Shown here piece by piece: positions 62,435-64,000 of a stretch of 64,000 nucleotides of DNA. A model generated the notes under the pieces. The model did no database searches. It was not told the DNA's origin and saw only the letters and a program-made list of their open reading frames with translations. Source of the stretch: Octopus sinensis (Eukaryota); contig NC_042998.1 of NCBI RefSeq assembly GCF_006345805.1, forward strand, positions 104,160,001-104,224,000, written 5' to 3'. The translations under genes were made by a program, and so were the position numbers. The first letter of the stretch is position 1; the number at the start of each line of letters is the position of its first letter.

Positions 62435-64000
62435 CCTGCCGGTTAACTTGTAGTCACATATCTACTTTTATTACATAAATAATTACTTTGCTTAGATATG
62501 TTTCGGTCAAAGATTGGCCGAAGCCATATCTAACTTAATAACTACGCCTAATAAGATCTGTTAAGTCACCTTCAAGTGAAGTTTTGTGATATCATGGCCT
62601 TTTCAAATATGGAGTTGTTGGGTGAGATGAGTCCAGGTATATATAAATTTAGAAACAATGACTTCTTCTCAGTGCATGACACAGGGACCGCTAGTTTGCA
62701 ACACGTTCCTTGCCAATACAAATCATACACATTCTCAACGCCATCCCCGGCAATGTGGAATATCTAGGTGGTCGTTTGCTCTAACAGATAAAGAAGCCTA
62801 TCCTCTCTAAAATCACACGAACCGGTTTATGTATATATGAAAGCGAAGGATATGTTAGTTAAGATACTGTGTGTAAATATATGGACGGCAAGGTAGTGTT
62901 ATCTATTTGAGGTTGGGGTTATTTATTCTCAGATTGCACTTGAAATTGTGTAAGCTTACGAACAAATGTGTTCTATTTATGACCGCCTGGCTTTGATTTC
63001 TGTCAATTTGTCCAGCTCTATATTATACAATCTGCATTTCTTTGAAGAATGTAGTCGGCGATTGAAGGAGATTTTAGCTATTATTTCTAACGGGTCAACC
63101 GATCACGTAGGTGCACCCTCATACAGGAGGAATGTAATTAATGTATTCCAGTCCGGAAAATAATGTAAAATACTAGCACTGATATGTTACAAATGACAGA
63201 GTGCACTGCTGCATTCATTGAAATTTCAGTTGATTCGAAGGATTTTCAGGCGGCGATTCAATAGATTCTTTAGGGAGTTTTTATTCCAAATAGTTAGTTC
63301 AAATCCCGCTGAAGTCAACTTTTTTTTTAATCTTTTGGAGTCGAAAAAATAAAGAACCAGTCATGGTGATAGACTGACGCAATCGTTATAGCATGGCATG
63401 ATGTCTTGCGTTAGTTGTCCCGGCTCGTTTATGTTCTGAACTCAAAGTTATTCCTAAGTGCTCATAGCCGTAGCTTATCACCAGAAGCATCGTATCCAAC
63501 TTGAAATTAACCAGCAGGGACAGGCTGATCTATCACCAGCATAGACGGCTGGCGACAACATGCCGAGTTTTTAATCCAGCAATGGATCAAAAACAGTTGA
63601 ATGGAACTAGAAGCAGATTTCAAATGATCGAGAATGAGATATCATTATGCAATCCCCCAAATCTTAGTAGCATTAAGTGGGAACATTATGAGCTTAACCG
63701 CACACAACAAATTTTAGATGAAACACTTTCGTATATAAAATCTGCCGATAAATTAACGAATAGTTATAACGCTCATCATAATTTTACTTATGTAAATTAC
63801 ATCCCCACCCAGAAAAAAATATATAAAAAATAAACAATGATTAATATGTAGAATATTTGAGTCTGAATCTTAAGAATGAAGAAAAACTAGTCCTATGTCA
63901 CGAGAAAACTTTTCGGACAGCTACGCTGAATTTAGCAATGAAAAACAACAGAAAAGAAAAGAAACTTTTATTCCTAACAAGCGCACATTCTATCAAAAAG

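Noticed and set aside
63501-63833. 110-aa ORF, possibly a PLE N-terminal fragment (HHNF..YIP)
   Set aside because: The resemblance is too weak to call, it needs a TTG start, and the window ends before any RT motif.

Overview
AT-rich, microsatellite-saturated eukaryotic repeat landscape. I find no supportable host protein-coding exon, RNA gene or CRISPR array. The SINE families and (TA)n/(CA)n/(GATA)n/(TAA)n density look like a coleoid cephalopod (Octopus-like) intron or intergenic region; this is recognition from memory, not a database result. Contents: three decayed mariner DNA transposons (4.8-6.0, 33.7-34.2, 44.7-46.0 kb); a Tx1/L1-clade LINE relic (10.1-12.2 kb, minus); a 5'-truncated R4/Dong-type LINE with an unbroken RT + CCHC + RLE frame inside a (TAA)n tract (26.7-28.9 kb); two head-to-head CR1-group LINE copies (29.0-32.6 kb); Penelope-like elements (a relic at 26 kb and an inverted-pLTR insertion at 59.1-61.3 kb with a hammerhead-ribozyme-like motif); a TA-flanked MITE with a nested SINE (47.2-47.7 kb); and many tRNA-derived SINEs of three families. 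Best leads: (1) two CR1-group copies that diverged mainly at third codon positions yet share the same in-frame TAG and a YAND active-site motif; (2) the PLE hammerhead-like motif, split and possibly re-wired by a SINE insertion; (3) SINE 3' tails that match the 3' ends of two different LINEs in this window; (4) a 90-bp-arm non-repetitive hairpin at 21.2-21.4 kb; (5) a 1-kb palindrome at 51-52 kb that is probably a long-read artefact. None is demonstrated to be a new biological system.
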